From positions 620,102,558 to 620,166,557 of the forward strand of contig NC_133619.1 of NCBI RefSeq assembly GCF_048593235.1: 64,000 nucleotides of DNA, read 5' to 3'. The notes beneath the pieces are model-generated. The model was not told where the DNA came from, did not search any database, and worked only from the letters and a program-made list of their open reading frames with translations. Below are positions 31,956 through 42,621 of this stretch, piece by piece. This DNA is from Sminthopsis crassicaudata. Lineage: Eukaryota. Within the stretch, counting starts at the first letter, position 1, and the number at the start of each line of letters is the position of its first letter. A program made the position numbers and the translations under genes.

Positions 31956-33919
31956 GTAAGTAGGCCAGGGGATCCCTCCCTCCCTCCCCCCCAAGCACCT
32001 CTCTACATCTGATGTCAGACCCTCCGGCCACTGAGTGAGGTTTCTTGGCCTGTTCTCCGGCTCACATGGCCTCGGGGTCTGCCCTGCCACCTGCATGGGC
32101 TCAGTCCTGTTGGTCATCTCAACGTACTGGACGAGGTACAGTGGGTCCTCCTCCTCTTGTTGAGGTGACATTCCCAGGGTGGTCGTCCCCTGCTTCCCAG
32201 TGAGGTGTCCATGCTTTCTCCCAGCCCAGTACTACTTCCCTGCTTTGGTACTTTGTCGGGGGCCGGTGGTCAGGGCTCTGGGAGAGCTGTTCAGAGGTGG
32301 CCCATATAGGCCCGTCCCCTTCACTCTCAGGCCAATTGAAGAGCAGGCAGGTGGCAGATGGAGGAACTCCTCTCTGTTGAGGAAATAACTTGGAAAGAGG
32401 AGGTGGAATTCCTCAGCCATTTGTCCCCCCTCAAGGCCAGAGAGGAATTGTAGTGAAGAGTTCCCTCAACATTTTCCCAAAAAATCTTAATTTTCAGTTG
32501 AAAAATATTAAAGAGAAGTCAAGGGGGGGAGAGAGTTGAGGGTCCTCTCTGGACCATTGCCTGTTGGGGACGCCATGTTGCTACACCTCCACAAACCAGG
32601 AGCTTCCTCAGAGCCTGGCTGTGCTCTCTGGCTCTCTTCCTTCTAATGATCATTTGCTTTTCCCTGACCTCCCTATCTCCCAGAGTGCTTTGGTGTGCCT
32701 CCACCTAAAGTCCATTATCCCCATGTGAAGAAAATTCAGTCAGAATACACAGGTTGGGAGTTTTGCTTCCACCAGCCTCACTGATGGTAGCACCCAACCC
32801 TTAAGTGAAAAAATTCCCCAGAAGATGGGAATCAGCGCATTGAATCAGAGGCCTAGAACCTCTGGCCTAGACCCAAGCTGTCAGGAGCCACCCAGAGCAT
32901 TTGCCATGGGGGCTTCATTTATTCCAGCCAGAATCCCTCCCTCAGTCATTCATAAATTTGCCCAAACTTCCTTGGAACTCATTTCTGTTTCCCCTTCCTG
33001 AGGCTGCTGCCTTCCATCAGGCTAATTAATTAGCCATATATGAAATCAGTGTTCTTTTGTTTGCCCTGGTGAAACTAGAAAGCTAGATGCATCTCTCTGT
33101 GCTTTAGTGAAGAAAACTGAAGCACAGTCAATAGGAAAGTCACTTGTGTTTGACACTGGAAGGCAGTGATATGCTTGACTCTTAGACTCTCCATTGTTCA
33201 TGGCAATGAGTTAATGATGTGAAAACCCAACTCCAAAAGGCTGGAAAGGCTCATTACTTCCCTTCTATAATACTGTCTTAGCCTAGAATCACAGTTCATG
33301 ATTTTTTCAGCACAGCTCTACCCAGGATCTCATTTGCTCCTTAGAGCATTCTGGGAGCTTTTCCCATTTCACAAATCTGAGAGAACTGAAGGTTAGGGAG
33401 GCTGCCTGGGATCCCAGTAGCAGAAGATGGAGGGGCTTGGCTTTTATGACTCCACCTGCCCTTCTTGCTCTCTTCATCAGCCTCATCCTTCCTGTCTGCA
33501 TGATCTCTGCAATAGGGAACATCACCAGCCTAAGTGGAGCTACCATTTTCCCTTCCTCCCAAAATCTTGTTCACTGGGTTGCTCATACCCTCTAGAAGCA
33601 TCCAGACATAAATTAATCATTTCCCCCTCTTTTTTAAAGAGAATCCCAAACTTCCAAACAGGTTGGTAATGTTTACAAAAATTGCTTAAGCAGAGAAGAT
33701 ATTTTTACTGAGATAGTAAAAGCAAAGTTTGTGGCAAATAAACAGTCTCCAGATCACAGGGGACTGTCTAGTTACCAAACTGGGATGATGGCAAATTGGG
33801 TTGAACAAACCAAATGTATTTATGGTTCTCAAAAAGCCTCGCCCTGCCCAGTGTTTGTAAGTCTGGGTCCTTGGGGGTCAGCCTTGAGGGCTGGGCGGGT
33901 GCTAACATCTCCTTTTCAG

Positions 33920-34006
33920 TTTCTGTTCCAGCAGCTGGGGATGCTGGTGTCCTTCGTGAGAAGTCACATCAGGCCTTACATGGACGAGATTGTCACCCTC
34001 ATGAGA
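33920..34006 (+). CDS. MTOR: mTOR exon 20
   Basis: FLFQQLGMLVSFVRSHIRPYMDEIVTLMR; 87 nt. Confidence 0.97.
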
Positions 34007-34133
34007 GTGAGTAAAGTCTTGCAGTCGGCCACAGTGGGGGAGATCAGAGGAGCCCCTTCTTCACCCTGGCTCTTTGTAATGAGCCTGATGGTCGATCCAA
34101 AGTATATTCAGCCAGGCTTAGAAGGGTGATTTT

Positions 34134-34280
34134 GGGGCAGCTAGGTGGCACAGTGGATAGAGCACCAGCCCTGAAGTCAGGAGGACCCGAGTTCAAATCT
34201 GGTCTCAGACACTTAACACTTCCTAGCTGTGTGACCCTGGGCAAGTCACTTAACCCCAGCCTCAGAAAAGAAAAAAAAAA
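34134..34280 (+). mobile_element. Marsupial tRNA-derived CORE-SINE (WSINE1-like)
   Basis: GGGGCAGCTAGGTGGCACAGTGGATAGAGC, B-box GAGTTCAAATC, poly(A); 14-bp TSD agaag(g/a)gtgatttt. Confidence 0.9.
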
Positions 34281-35798
34281 GAAGAGTGATTTTGTCCCTG
34301 GTCCTCGGTGTCCAGGACTGAAATCTTTGGGTTACATAGCAAGAAAAGGATGTAGTGGTTTATGTTAGTTCCCACTTCAGGGGTGTAACAGCGTGGGCTA
34401 TCTCAGCGCTGTGCCAGGGACCTGTAGCTTGTGAAGGGCCAGAGAGGAAGAGGTGATGGCAGTCATGGCAGAGGAGAAATGAGCTATTGGCAGCTCAGTA
34501 TTGTTAATGTGGCTCAGAGGATGGAGGAAACTTGCTCGGGTGACCTCCCATTGCCTTGAGTGCCTTTCTCAGTGTGTTTGATGGCAAGGAGGATTTCTTC
34601 CCTTCTTCTGCTGAAAAATTTAAATGTTTCTATGCAGAAGGTAGCTTTGAGGGGTGTTCTGTTCGGAAAACACCAGAAGATTGGTTCCTGCCCCCAAGAC
34701 CAAATCTTGATGTAATTGGCTTGGAAGGAGTCCTGGGGCTAAAAGGAAAGCTGCTGACCTCAGCTCCCCAGGCCAGCATCAGGCACTCCTGCAGGCCCAA
34801 GTAGCTGAGAAGGGTGTGGCTCTCCCAAGGGGCACTGCTGGGGAATATCAGAAAAAAGGGGGCATTATTGGGGCTCTGCAGCTAGTGTCATCTCTGACTG
34901 ATTTATTCATCCAAAGCTTTGAAACCAGGCGCTTTGGGAGTTGGGGCCCACACCTGCAGAGTGTTGCTTGGAGTGGCGCACGTACAAAAGGGATCCCATT
35001 CTGTGGTTCTGGGTCCAGAGTGTTTAATGAGCTCCCCCTGGACAGAGAAGAGAAGGCTCTTTGTGCACAGCCAGCCAGCTAACATCTGGCGGCAGCGGCC
35101 GGCCAGCCTGGTATCTCAGGGCAGAGAGCCCTGGGGACCGATGAACCTTCTCTGTGGAAGGCAGACATAAACTGTTAGCCAGTAAGTCAACAGTGAGCCA
35201 TTGATCAGAGCAGGACTGGGCTTTCTCCCCATGGCACTTTTATTTTTAAATGAAGAGAAGGCAGTTTCCTTGGGGCCTTCTGACTTCTTCATTTTTGATC
35301 TCTTCATAATGAGAACTTAATTTCCACAGTGCCTTTCCCATAAGCTGCTGAATGCGCTTTTGGTGACAGCGGGTCCTCAGTTACTCAGGGCCATGAGGAC
35401 CGACTTGCCACCTGCTTTGTCTCCATTCATAGGCAGCAGCCTCGCTTCCATCACTGAATCTCCCTGTAACTTTTTTCTGTGCAATCCTGCCCGGAAAGGG
35501 CTCTTCTGCACCCCTCTGCGCCAGTCTCTTTTGGCCGCCTCCTCTTTAAGATAGCTTTCTTTTATTTATCACGGACCCATCGAGGCCGCCTTCTGATGTC
35601 ACACTCCTCCTGGCAACCTCTCTGGGCTCTGCCAGTCCCTCTGGTCGTCCTTCTGTGGGCTTCCCGACCATGTAGCTGAAGGCCTTAATAAATCACACCA
35701 GAGTAGCCTGAGATTGTGAGGGGCGTGCTCTGGTCTGCACAAGCACCATTCATCCAGGGGTTTGGCCCACCCACAGGGGAGAGTGGGGGGGGCGGTGT

Positions 35799-36225
35799 TG
35801 TAATGTCCTGGTTAGCTTTCTGGAGATCTTGGGACCAGCCTTGGTTTCAACAGAATAATCACCACAAGAATAGTCAGGGATAAAGTCCTAAGTCTTTATT
35901 GTCTCCTTCATAGTCTGTCTCTTTTACCTGGGGCGGGCTAGCTTTCTGGAGGCCCTTCAGAGGGAGGAGGTTTTGGTTTCAATAGAGGAATTCAGGAGCC
36001 TGAACAAAGATGCAATGTCTCTCTCCAATCCTTGTTGTTTCTTATGTACTCTGTTATAATTACATCATCGTAGGTGTCAATCTTATAGAACTATATTAAA
36101 TACTAAGTATGGGTAAAACTAGATAACCATTGTCTTATCAATTCCACTGAGTTAACACCTTGTTGTAGGACTGAATCAGTCATACTGAGCCGTAAGTATA
36201 TTTCTCCAAAGTTCCTGCCCTTACA
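35799..36225 (-). mobile_element. ERV solo LTR (about 430 bp)
   Basis: TG...CA termini, AATAAA on minus strand near 35895, shares blocks with LTRs at 9190-9270 and 28860-29260. Confidence 0.6.
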
Positions 36226-36292
36226 GATTGTGCTTGTGATTCAGCTGGAAGTGGCTTTTAACATCATCCCCACGTCCCTTCTGTCCCTGTAG

Positions 36293-36460
36293 GAATTCTG
36301 GGTCATGAACAGCTCCATCCAGAGCACAATCATCCTCCTTATTGAGCAGATTGTGGTCGCTCTGGGTGGTGAATTCAAGCTCTACTTGCCCCAGCTGATT
36401 CCTCACATGCTGCGGCTCTTCATGCATGACAGCAGCCCTGGACGCACAGTCTCCATCAAG
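36293..36460 (+). CDS. MTOR: mTOR exon 21
   Basis: EFWVMNSSIQSTIILLIEQIVVALGGEFKLYLPQLIPHML...TVSIK; 168 nt. Confidence 0.97.
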
Positions 36461-37113
36461 GTGAGCAGCCCAGAGGTCCCCGAGGAGACCCTCAGGACCC
36501 TGCTAAGGCACGGCTTAGAAACCTCTGCCGTGGGAGGAGGTGGGGGAAGGAGCCGAGGGGCTGCATCGGGGAGCTGGGGAGAAAAGGCATCAAGAGTTGT
36601 GTCAAAGGCTCCAGCTCTATGACTGTAGCAAGGCTCTCAGGGCCGGTGATTTCTATTGGGAGGGCTGATTTGTTTCAGCAGAGGGAGTTTAATCTGGGGC
36701 TTCTCTGAGTTGATGAAATCACAGGCTTTCCCCCCCAAATAAAGATTGGATTACTAGAGGCCTGCTTATGAACAAAACTAGCTGGGCTGCTTCCCTGAGA
36801 AGCCATAGCCAGGGAGATAATGGGGGCAGTGGGGGAGAGAACAGGGCAGCGGGGAGAGAGAATAAGGGCGATGGGGTCGTCTCTCCCCGAACCAGCATTT
36901 CCCTGAGCTGTCCCTGCCCTCTGCCTAGGCGGCATGTGCTCAGGGAGTGGGCACACACATCCAGGGAGAGCAAGAAAGGCCCGTTTGCCCGGCCCACAGC
37001 TCCCATCATAGGTTGTGGCTCCTCTGCTGCCTGGGTGCCTTCACACCCACCTCTCGCTCAGTGCAGCGCACTAAGGCTTGGTAACTGACAGTCCTTTTGT
37101 TCTCCTCTCCCAG

Positions 37114-37226
37114 TTGTTGAATGCGATCCAGCTGTTTGGGGCCAACCTGGATGACTACTTGCATTTGCTCTTGCCTCCGATTGTGAAGCTCTTTGATGCT
37201 CCTGATGCTCCCTTAGCAGCACGCAA
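37114..37226 (+). CDS. MTOR: mTOR exon 22
   Basis: LLNAIQLFGANLDDYLHLLLPPIVKLFDAPDAPLAAR; 113 nt. Confidence 0.97.
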
Positions 37227-37458
37227 GTAAGCAGCTGCCTTTTGGTTCTTACAGTCAACAGATGAAGCTGTATGGTTCCTTCTAAGTTCTCAGGCCACTT
37301 ATTTATCCCTTTCGGTAGTATTAAAGTGTCCCAGATTTATTTAAATTTAAACTCTCCTCTCTCACTGAACCCATTGTTCAGACCACTTCACCCAAGGTGG
37401 CCTGATCTGAGGAGGAAGCCCAGTTTTTCAGGCACTTCTCCCTCTGGACTGTTTTTAG

Positions 37459-37621
37459 GGCAGCCTTGGAGACTGTTGATCGCTTGACCGAGTCTCTGGA
37501 TTTCACTGATTACGCATCCCGAATCATCCACCCCATTGTGCGGACGCTGGACCTGAGCCCAGAGCTGCGCTCCACAGCCATGGACACATTGTCTTCCCTT
37601 GTCTTCCAGCTGGGGAAGAAG
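37459..37621 (+). CDS. MTOR: mTOR exon 23
   Basis: AALETVDRLTESLDFTDYASRIIHPIVRTLDLSPELRSTAMDTLSSLVFQLGKK; 163 nt. Confidence 0.97.
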
Positions 37622-37953
37622 GTAATGGAGGCTTCCCGGAAACACTGATTGTGACATTTTAGGCCTGGTTGAGTTTTAAGCTGACTATCTCTCAGCTTGG
37701 AGAGACTTTACCTTTAGCAAGGTTAGGCAAAAAAGTCCCAAATTATAGGGTTTTCTCCTCCCTTCTCCTCCCACCCTCCCCCCACATACATATTCAGCCT
37801 TTAAACATAAGCCAATACAAAACTGGGGTTTTTTTGCCTCTTTTGTTAATATTTAGCAATGTTTCCTCTGAAATCCATAGATATATGTACTGAACCTCTA
37901 CGTACAGTTATGACTTCATTGTATTTTCTGAACTTTTCTCCCTCCTGTTGTAG

Positions 37954-38046
37954 TACCAGATTTTTATCCCAATGGTGAATAAAGTGCTGGTGAGACACAG
38001 AATCAACCATCAGCGCTACGACGTGCTCATTTGTAGGATCGTCAAG
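37954..38046 (+). CDS. MTOR: mTOR exon 24
   Basis: YQIFIPMVNKVLVRHRINHQRYDVLICRIVK; 93 nt. Confidence 0.97.
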
Positions 38047-38538
38047 GTGAGCTCATCTGTCTCTTTTTTCCTACTTCCCAAGATCTTTCTCTCTCTCTCT
38101 GTTATTTTTTTAGGGTCTTGGCTGGCAGTATTAATATAGCTAATCCAGCTGGCTCTCATACTATCTCCCTTCATTTCCCTTCTTGGTATCTTTGTTGGCA
38201 TGGGTGGCTGGCCAGTGCCCTTTCCCCTGGCACTTACTTTGCATCCACTTCATACATGCCTGTTGTTTGGTGTATCCTTCACCTCTTAGAATGGGAGCTC
38301 TTTGAGGACAGAGACATTTTTCTTAGTGTTTTTGTATCCCAGGGCCTAAAAGTACCTAATAATGGCTTGCCAAATAAACAAATGACGGGTGGCTAGTTGT
38401 GCAGAACTCGAACTTTTTACTGTCCATTGTAAACAGGGGACGGCATCGTCCAGAGGAAGGAGGGAGCACAGAGTGACCCTTTGGAGTTCTAGGAAAGTCT
38501 AGAAGCACCCCCATCTCTGTGTTCATCTCTGGTTACAG

Positions 38539-38685
38539 GGCTACACACTAGCTGATGAGGAAGAAGATCCCTTAATTTATCAGCATCGAATGATGAGGAG
38601 CAACCAGGGCGACGCCTTGGCCAGTGGGCCGGTCGAGACTGGGCCCATGAAGAAGCTGCACGTGAGCACCATCAACCTGCAGAAG
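38539..38685 (+). CDS. MTOR: mTOR exon 25
   Basis: GYTLADEEEDPLIYQHRMMRSNQGDALASGPVETGPMKKLHVSTINLQK; 147 nt. Confidence 0.97.
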
Positions 38686-40622
38686 GTGGGTACGTGGACA
38701 GACTCGGAGCCAAGAGTGAGCCCGACAGGCCTGGTGCTGTCTGGGACTGGCGTGCTAGAAGCTGCCCTGAGACACATGTGGGGAATTAAAGTCTGGACAG
38801 TAGGAGTACCCACCTGGCTCTTTTCCCAGTTTGGAACTATCAGCCTTTTCATTTTAAGAGGGGAAAATGGGGAAGTGTGGAAAGATCTTAGTTGGAATAG
38901 GATGTCTGCCATCCGAGCTGCGACAGGGGAGCATTGTGGCAGATTCATCCTGGCTTCTCCAGTGAATAGAATTAGAAGTTGGCCCCACACTCAAGTCAGG
39001 GCTGGCATGGCTGGGCTGCTCCTGAGAGCTTTGTCCTAGTTAGAGCCTGAGATGATCTCAGAAGTCACGGAGCCCAGATTTACAGAAGAGGAAACTGAGG
39101 CTGAGAACATGGACAGGGCCTGCCACAAGCCCCTCCTGGCTCGCTGAGTTTAGAGCTGGGCCCATACCCAGCTAGCTCACAGCCCGTTGTTTTTTCCTGT
39201 ATAGCACGTTACTTTGGAGGGGAATTCGAAGGAAGCATCTCTGTTGAACCCAAATGTAACACTGTTTATTGTGTCACCTTTTAAGTGAATATACTATGTT
39301 GTTCATTTCGGCACTTTGCATTAGTCACTGGCATTCCCCTGTGCCACTTGTATGGTGGCAGGTCTAACCAGCAGGGTCACCTGTGTTTGCTCCTTTCCCA
39401 TTTTACCCAGCCTTGACATGACTTAATATAGAGGTCAGGAAGGGGACTTAGGCCACAAGCTGTTCACTTTTCTCAGATGACTTCCCATCTGCTAAACTGG
39501 GAGATCTGGAAGGGTTGCAGGAAGCAACCCTACCTGGTACACACCTTGATGGAATAGAGCAGAGATGAGCTTCCCACAGCAGGGACCCAGACGTGGGCGC
39601 AGGTCAGAAATGGTCATCCAGCCTGGGGCATTGACCTTCCATCCAGGCAACTGGCCACGCTACTTCAGAGCTGGCTCAGAGCCCCTTTGGCTGCTTGGCA
39701 CCCAGTTCGCTGGTCCCTGGTGTCTCCAAGTTGTCCTGTGGGTAGAGATTTAAAAGTAACTCATCTTGGTTTAAGAATAACGAATATTGGTTCAAGTGTG
39801 TGTACACACTCACACACTCACACACACTCCATACATAGGCTAATGATGAAAACTGCTGTCTATTTCCAGAGAAAGAACTGATGAACTCTATCAAAATGTA
39901 GTGTTTTCCTATTATTTTTCCTGCTTTTTTTCCCCTCACAACATGACTAATGTGGACATAAATTGTGTATAACTTCATATGTATAATGAGTTTCATATTT
40001 CTTGTCTTCCTGAGGTAACAGAAAAGGACAGGGAAGAAATTTGAAACTGAAATTAAAAATTAAAACTTTTTAAAAAATAAAATAAATCCTGTGTTTCTCT
40101 CTCCCCCCCCCTCAAAAAAAGGGGTAAGAGTTACATAAACAATAATAAGGATCACTATTTAGTAGGTGGGACCCAGCTTTCCCCTGTAGCAGGGGACCAG
40201 GACCCAAGAGTGCTTTGGCTTCTGCCTCTGCCAGCCTAACTCAGGTCTGTGCTCTTAGCCTGGTGATTTACACCGATCGATCCACAGATGATCTCCAAAT
40301 TCATTCTGCAGAAAACTTAGCATTCTCATTGGAAGATCCTTGTTTTGGGTCTTCCCTGTCCACCAGTCAGAGATTGCTGATTTTCATGACTTTTCATGTA
40401 GAACAGTCTTTTAAAATTAACTTTTACTATATTATGGTATATTCCAGTCAGTTGCTGCTTCTGACTTAAATTGTAAGTCATTATTACTATTTTGCAGTTA
40501 TAGCCATAGGCTGTTTAATTACAAAAGATGTAGCTTTACAAGTCCAGGGCAGAAATCATTGTTAAATAAACGAGTGCATATTTGACACTGATGACTTTGT
40601 GCGACTGATTGTGACATTTTAG

Positions 40623-40765
40623 GCCTGGGGAGCAGCCAGGAGGGTTTCCAAGGATGACTGGCTAGAGTGGCTGAGACGGCTGAGCTTGGAATTGCTGAAG
40701 GACTCCTCGTCTCCATCCCTCCGCTCCTGCTGGGCCCTGGCTCAGGCCTACAACCCTATGGCGAG
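40623..40765 (+). CDS. MTOR: mTOR exon 26
   Basis: AWGAARRVSKDDWLEWLRRLSLELLKDSSSPSLRSCWALAQAYNPMAR; 143 nt. Confidence 0.97.
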
Positions 40766-42208
40766 GTAAGGCAGGCATGGAAGAGAGACTTCCCCACCTT
40801 GTGGAACGTTAAGAACAAAGTGGAAAAGGCTCCCTTTGGACTCAGAGCTTGTACATGAAATGTCAGAGGCCTTTTTTTCACAGTTAGACTTTTTCCATGG
40901 AAATAAGTTGGTGATTAAGGAGAGGAGCATTTCTGAATTTTTCCACCGGTGGGGCAGGTACAAAGAAGGCAAACAGACTGAAACAAGGATGGGGAGCAGA
41001 GGTCTTGTTCCCCCCTTTGTGTAGCAGTTCAGACCCTCCTGTGAGGCAGGGCGTGGGCACACCCTGGACTCTTTGGGGCCAGGACTGCCTGCTTCTCAGT
41101 GGCTGCTTTCACTGCTGTCTCTTAGGAGTCATAACTAACCACATCCCCTGGAAGTTGGGGTATGTTCTCTGCTACTGAACAGTGACTTTGTTTCTTCTCT
41201 CTTAAAAAATAATTCTGAGGCTTAAAAAATAATTAATTGCTGAGGATTCTTTGGCCCTGTTATATAGGCTTTTCAGACTTAGCTTATGTCCCATACTGCC
41301 TTGCTGCTCACAGTATCATATAAGCCCATCTGGCTTAACTCCCATCCTAGACCTTTGATTCAAGAAATCTTATTTCCCTTATTTAGGTCACCATCATTCT
41401 CCTGACTTCTTTCTTCAAATGAATGTTTTCATTTGATTCCTCTACCATCCATCCTCATCCCTGGTGATCTTTTTGCAAAATTCAAAATTCTTTTGCGTCA
41501 GAGTCCTTCAATGTTACTCAGATGCCCTTCTTAGATCTCTTACTGATTGCCAGAAAGGGGTAGGGGTAAATCACTCATACTGGCTGCAGAAAAAGGCCTA
41601 AGACTTTGGAAGCACTTCCTGTCCTCCACCACTGCCCCTGCCCTATCTGATAGGATTAGAGGCTAGCTGCAGGAAGCAGGCCCATCCTGGGGTTGTAGAT
41701 AGTTCAGACTTCCAGTAGAAGTCTCCTAATTGCCAAGGCCTCCTAAGAAGCTGCCTGGCACTGGAGAGGGGCTCAGTGATACTTTTGGATCCTGGGGGTT
41801 TGGATTTTGATTCCGGTACCTCAGGTTCCTTGGTTCTGGCTGCTGCTTTGCTTGAAACCATCCAAGGGTTCTGTCTGTTTTTTTGTGTGTGTGTTTTTTT
41901 TTAAATAGCAGCAGATAATATGTCTCATTTCCTGATCCTCAGGATTTGGGAATTGACAGCCAAACCTTGAGGTCCCTCCAGGCCCTTGAGAATTCTGTGA
42001 ATTTCCTTTAAAGACCACAGCCTATATACTAGAAGCTCTTTTCTCCCCTCTCTTCATTGATTCACCTAATGATAAGGGAAATAGTCCTCCCCCCTTCTCC
42101 ATCCACATATATCAGCCTTGTATCCAACCTGTCACGTTGCCTGTCATCAGGCCAAGAGCAGATAAACTTGGAACAGATTTTTCTGATGCCCTTTTCTCTC
42201 CCTGCCAG

Positions 42209-42371
42209 GGACCTTTTTAATGCTGCTTTTGTGTCTTGCTGGTCTGAGCTGAATGAAGACCAGCAGGATGAGCTCATCAGAAGCATTGAACTGGCCCTGA
42301 CATCCCAGGACATTGCTGAAGTCACGCAGACCCTGCTCAACTTGGCAGAGTTCATGGAGCACAGTGACAAG
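42209..42371 (+). CDS. MTOR: mTOR exon 27
   Basis: [54 protein letters not shown]; 163 nt. Confidence 0.97.
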
Positions 42372-42475
42372 GTGAGAGACCATGCTTTCCCACTGGGCAC
42401 TTTAAGCATGGCAAGGAGACAGTTAGGTCCCAGCCACGTTGGCCGTCTTTCTGACGCTCAGGGTCTCCCTTCCAG

Positions 42476-42621
42476 GGTCCGCTGCCGCTCCGAGATGACA
42501 ATGGCATCGTGCTGCTGGGTGAGCGAGCGGCCAAGTGCCGCGCCTATGCCAAAGCGTTACACTACAAGGAGCTGGAGTTCCAGAAGGGCCCGAGCCCCGC
42601 CATCCTTGAGTCTCTCATCAG
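42476..42621 (+). CDS. MTOR: mTOR exon 28
   Basis: [48 protein letters not shown]; 146 nt; followed by the large intron hosting ANGPTL7. Confidence 0.97.

Larger units (their letters stand above)
3947..42621 (+). other. MTOR: MTOR gene, 5' partial (coding exons 2-28; HEAT region into start of FAT domain; continues past window)
   Basis: 27 coding exons with AG acceptors and GT donors (one GC) join into one open frame of 4208 nt matching mTOR; exon sizes match the known mammalian structure apart from exons 2 and 4. Confidence 0.98.

Noticed and set aside
34134-34210. tRNA-like A/B boxes (also at 54560 and 59595)
   Set aside because: SINE heads with CORE body, poly(A) and TSDs, not tRNA genes.
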